Source: a virus (taxonomy: Duplodnaviria > Caudoviricetes). Taken from it: a stretch of DNA of 63,430 nt. Location of the stretch: IMG/VR virus record IMGVR_UViG_3300043747_000006, positions 1-63,430 of that record, one strand, 5' to 3'. Position numbers and translations under genes: made by a program. Below the pieces are notes generated by a model. That model was not told the origin of the DNA and made no database searches. It saw only the letters and a program-made list of their open reading frames with translations. Below are positions 63,218 to 63,430 of the stretch, piece by piece; the stretch's first letter is position 1; each line of letters begins with the position of its first letter.

Positions 63218-63430
63218 CTATTTCACCGCGTTTATTTCCGCAATAATTGCGTCTATTTGCGCCTTTAATTCCTCGACCGTCCCAGCGTTACTAACTTCGT
63301 AATCTACCGCAAAATTAGCCACAGCCTGCTCCGTCACATGCTCGAGGTCATTCTCGTTAAAAGTGTCGCCGGCCGCCATCGCCCTCTCAATCCGCACCTC
63401 ATCCGGAGCCGTTACGCGAATGATCGTGAA
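63218..63430 (-). CDS. dNMP-kinase-like protein, 5' truncated
   Basis: Hand translation FTIIRVTAPDEVRIERA...GD.F...DLEHVTE...VDYEVSNAGTVEEL. Confidence 0.75.
   Translation of the reverse strand, partial: FTIIRVTAPDEVRIERAMAAGDTFNENDLEHVTEQAVANFAVDYEVSNAGTVEELKAQIDAIIAEINAVK

Larger units (their letters stand above)
1..63430. mobile_element. Temperate Bacillaceae phage (myovirus), near-complete genome, unintegrated form
   Basis: Full set of head, contractile tail, lysis, replication and integrase genes; phage genes on both sides of integrase/attP; no host chromosomal genes. Confidence 0.95.

Noticed and set aside
224-63268. Many plus-strand and nested ORFs in the track (e.g. 1757-2203, 18164-18718, 34686-35252, 56758-57291)
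   Set aside because: Antisense shadows of well-supported genes, with no RBS or motifs

Overview
The window is a nearly complete (~63.4 kb) genome of a temperate Bacillaceae myovirus in its unintegrated (attP-intact) form. It opens inside thyX and ends inside a dNMP-kinase-like gene, and most genes are on the minus strand. Modules present: nucleotide metabolism (ThyX, dUTPase, PhoH, B12-dependent class II RNR, thioredoxin); replication (family A polymerase, SSB, primase, DnaB helicase, DnaC-like loader, two initiator-like wHTH proteins); an arbitrium lysis-lysogeny switch (aimR plus an aimP missed by the ORF track, predicted peptide ANKVGG) placed directly upstream of a sigma-like activator; a large serine integrase; lysis; a PBSX/Xkd-like contractile tail; head and packaging genes; and six free-standing endonucleases. 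Highlights read from the sequence: (1) attP carries a 48-codon replacement 3' end of the host sporulation gene yhbH; (2) a relaxase-free conjugation-like operon (RHH, VirB2-like pilin, membrane M23 peptidase, VirD4/HerA-like ATPase) has a mother-cell sigmaE/K-like promoter and ends inside attP; (3) a promoter-like motif TGCGCGA-N19-TTATATAGTG occurs four times and suggests a regulon for the arbitrium-controlled sigma-like factor; (4) a ~310-nt multi-stem RNA with a leader ORF lies upstream of ssb. All protein family calls are from recognised motifs and gene order, not from database searches.
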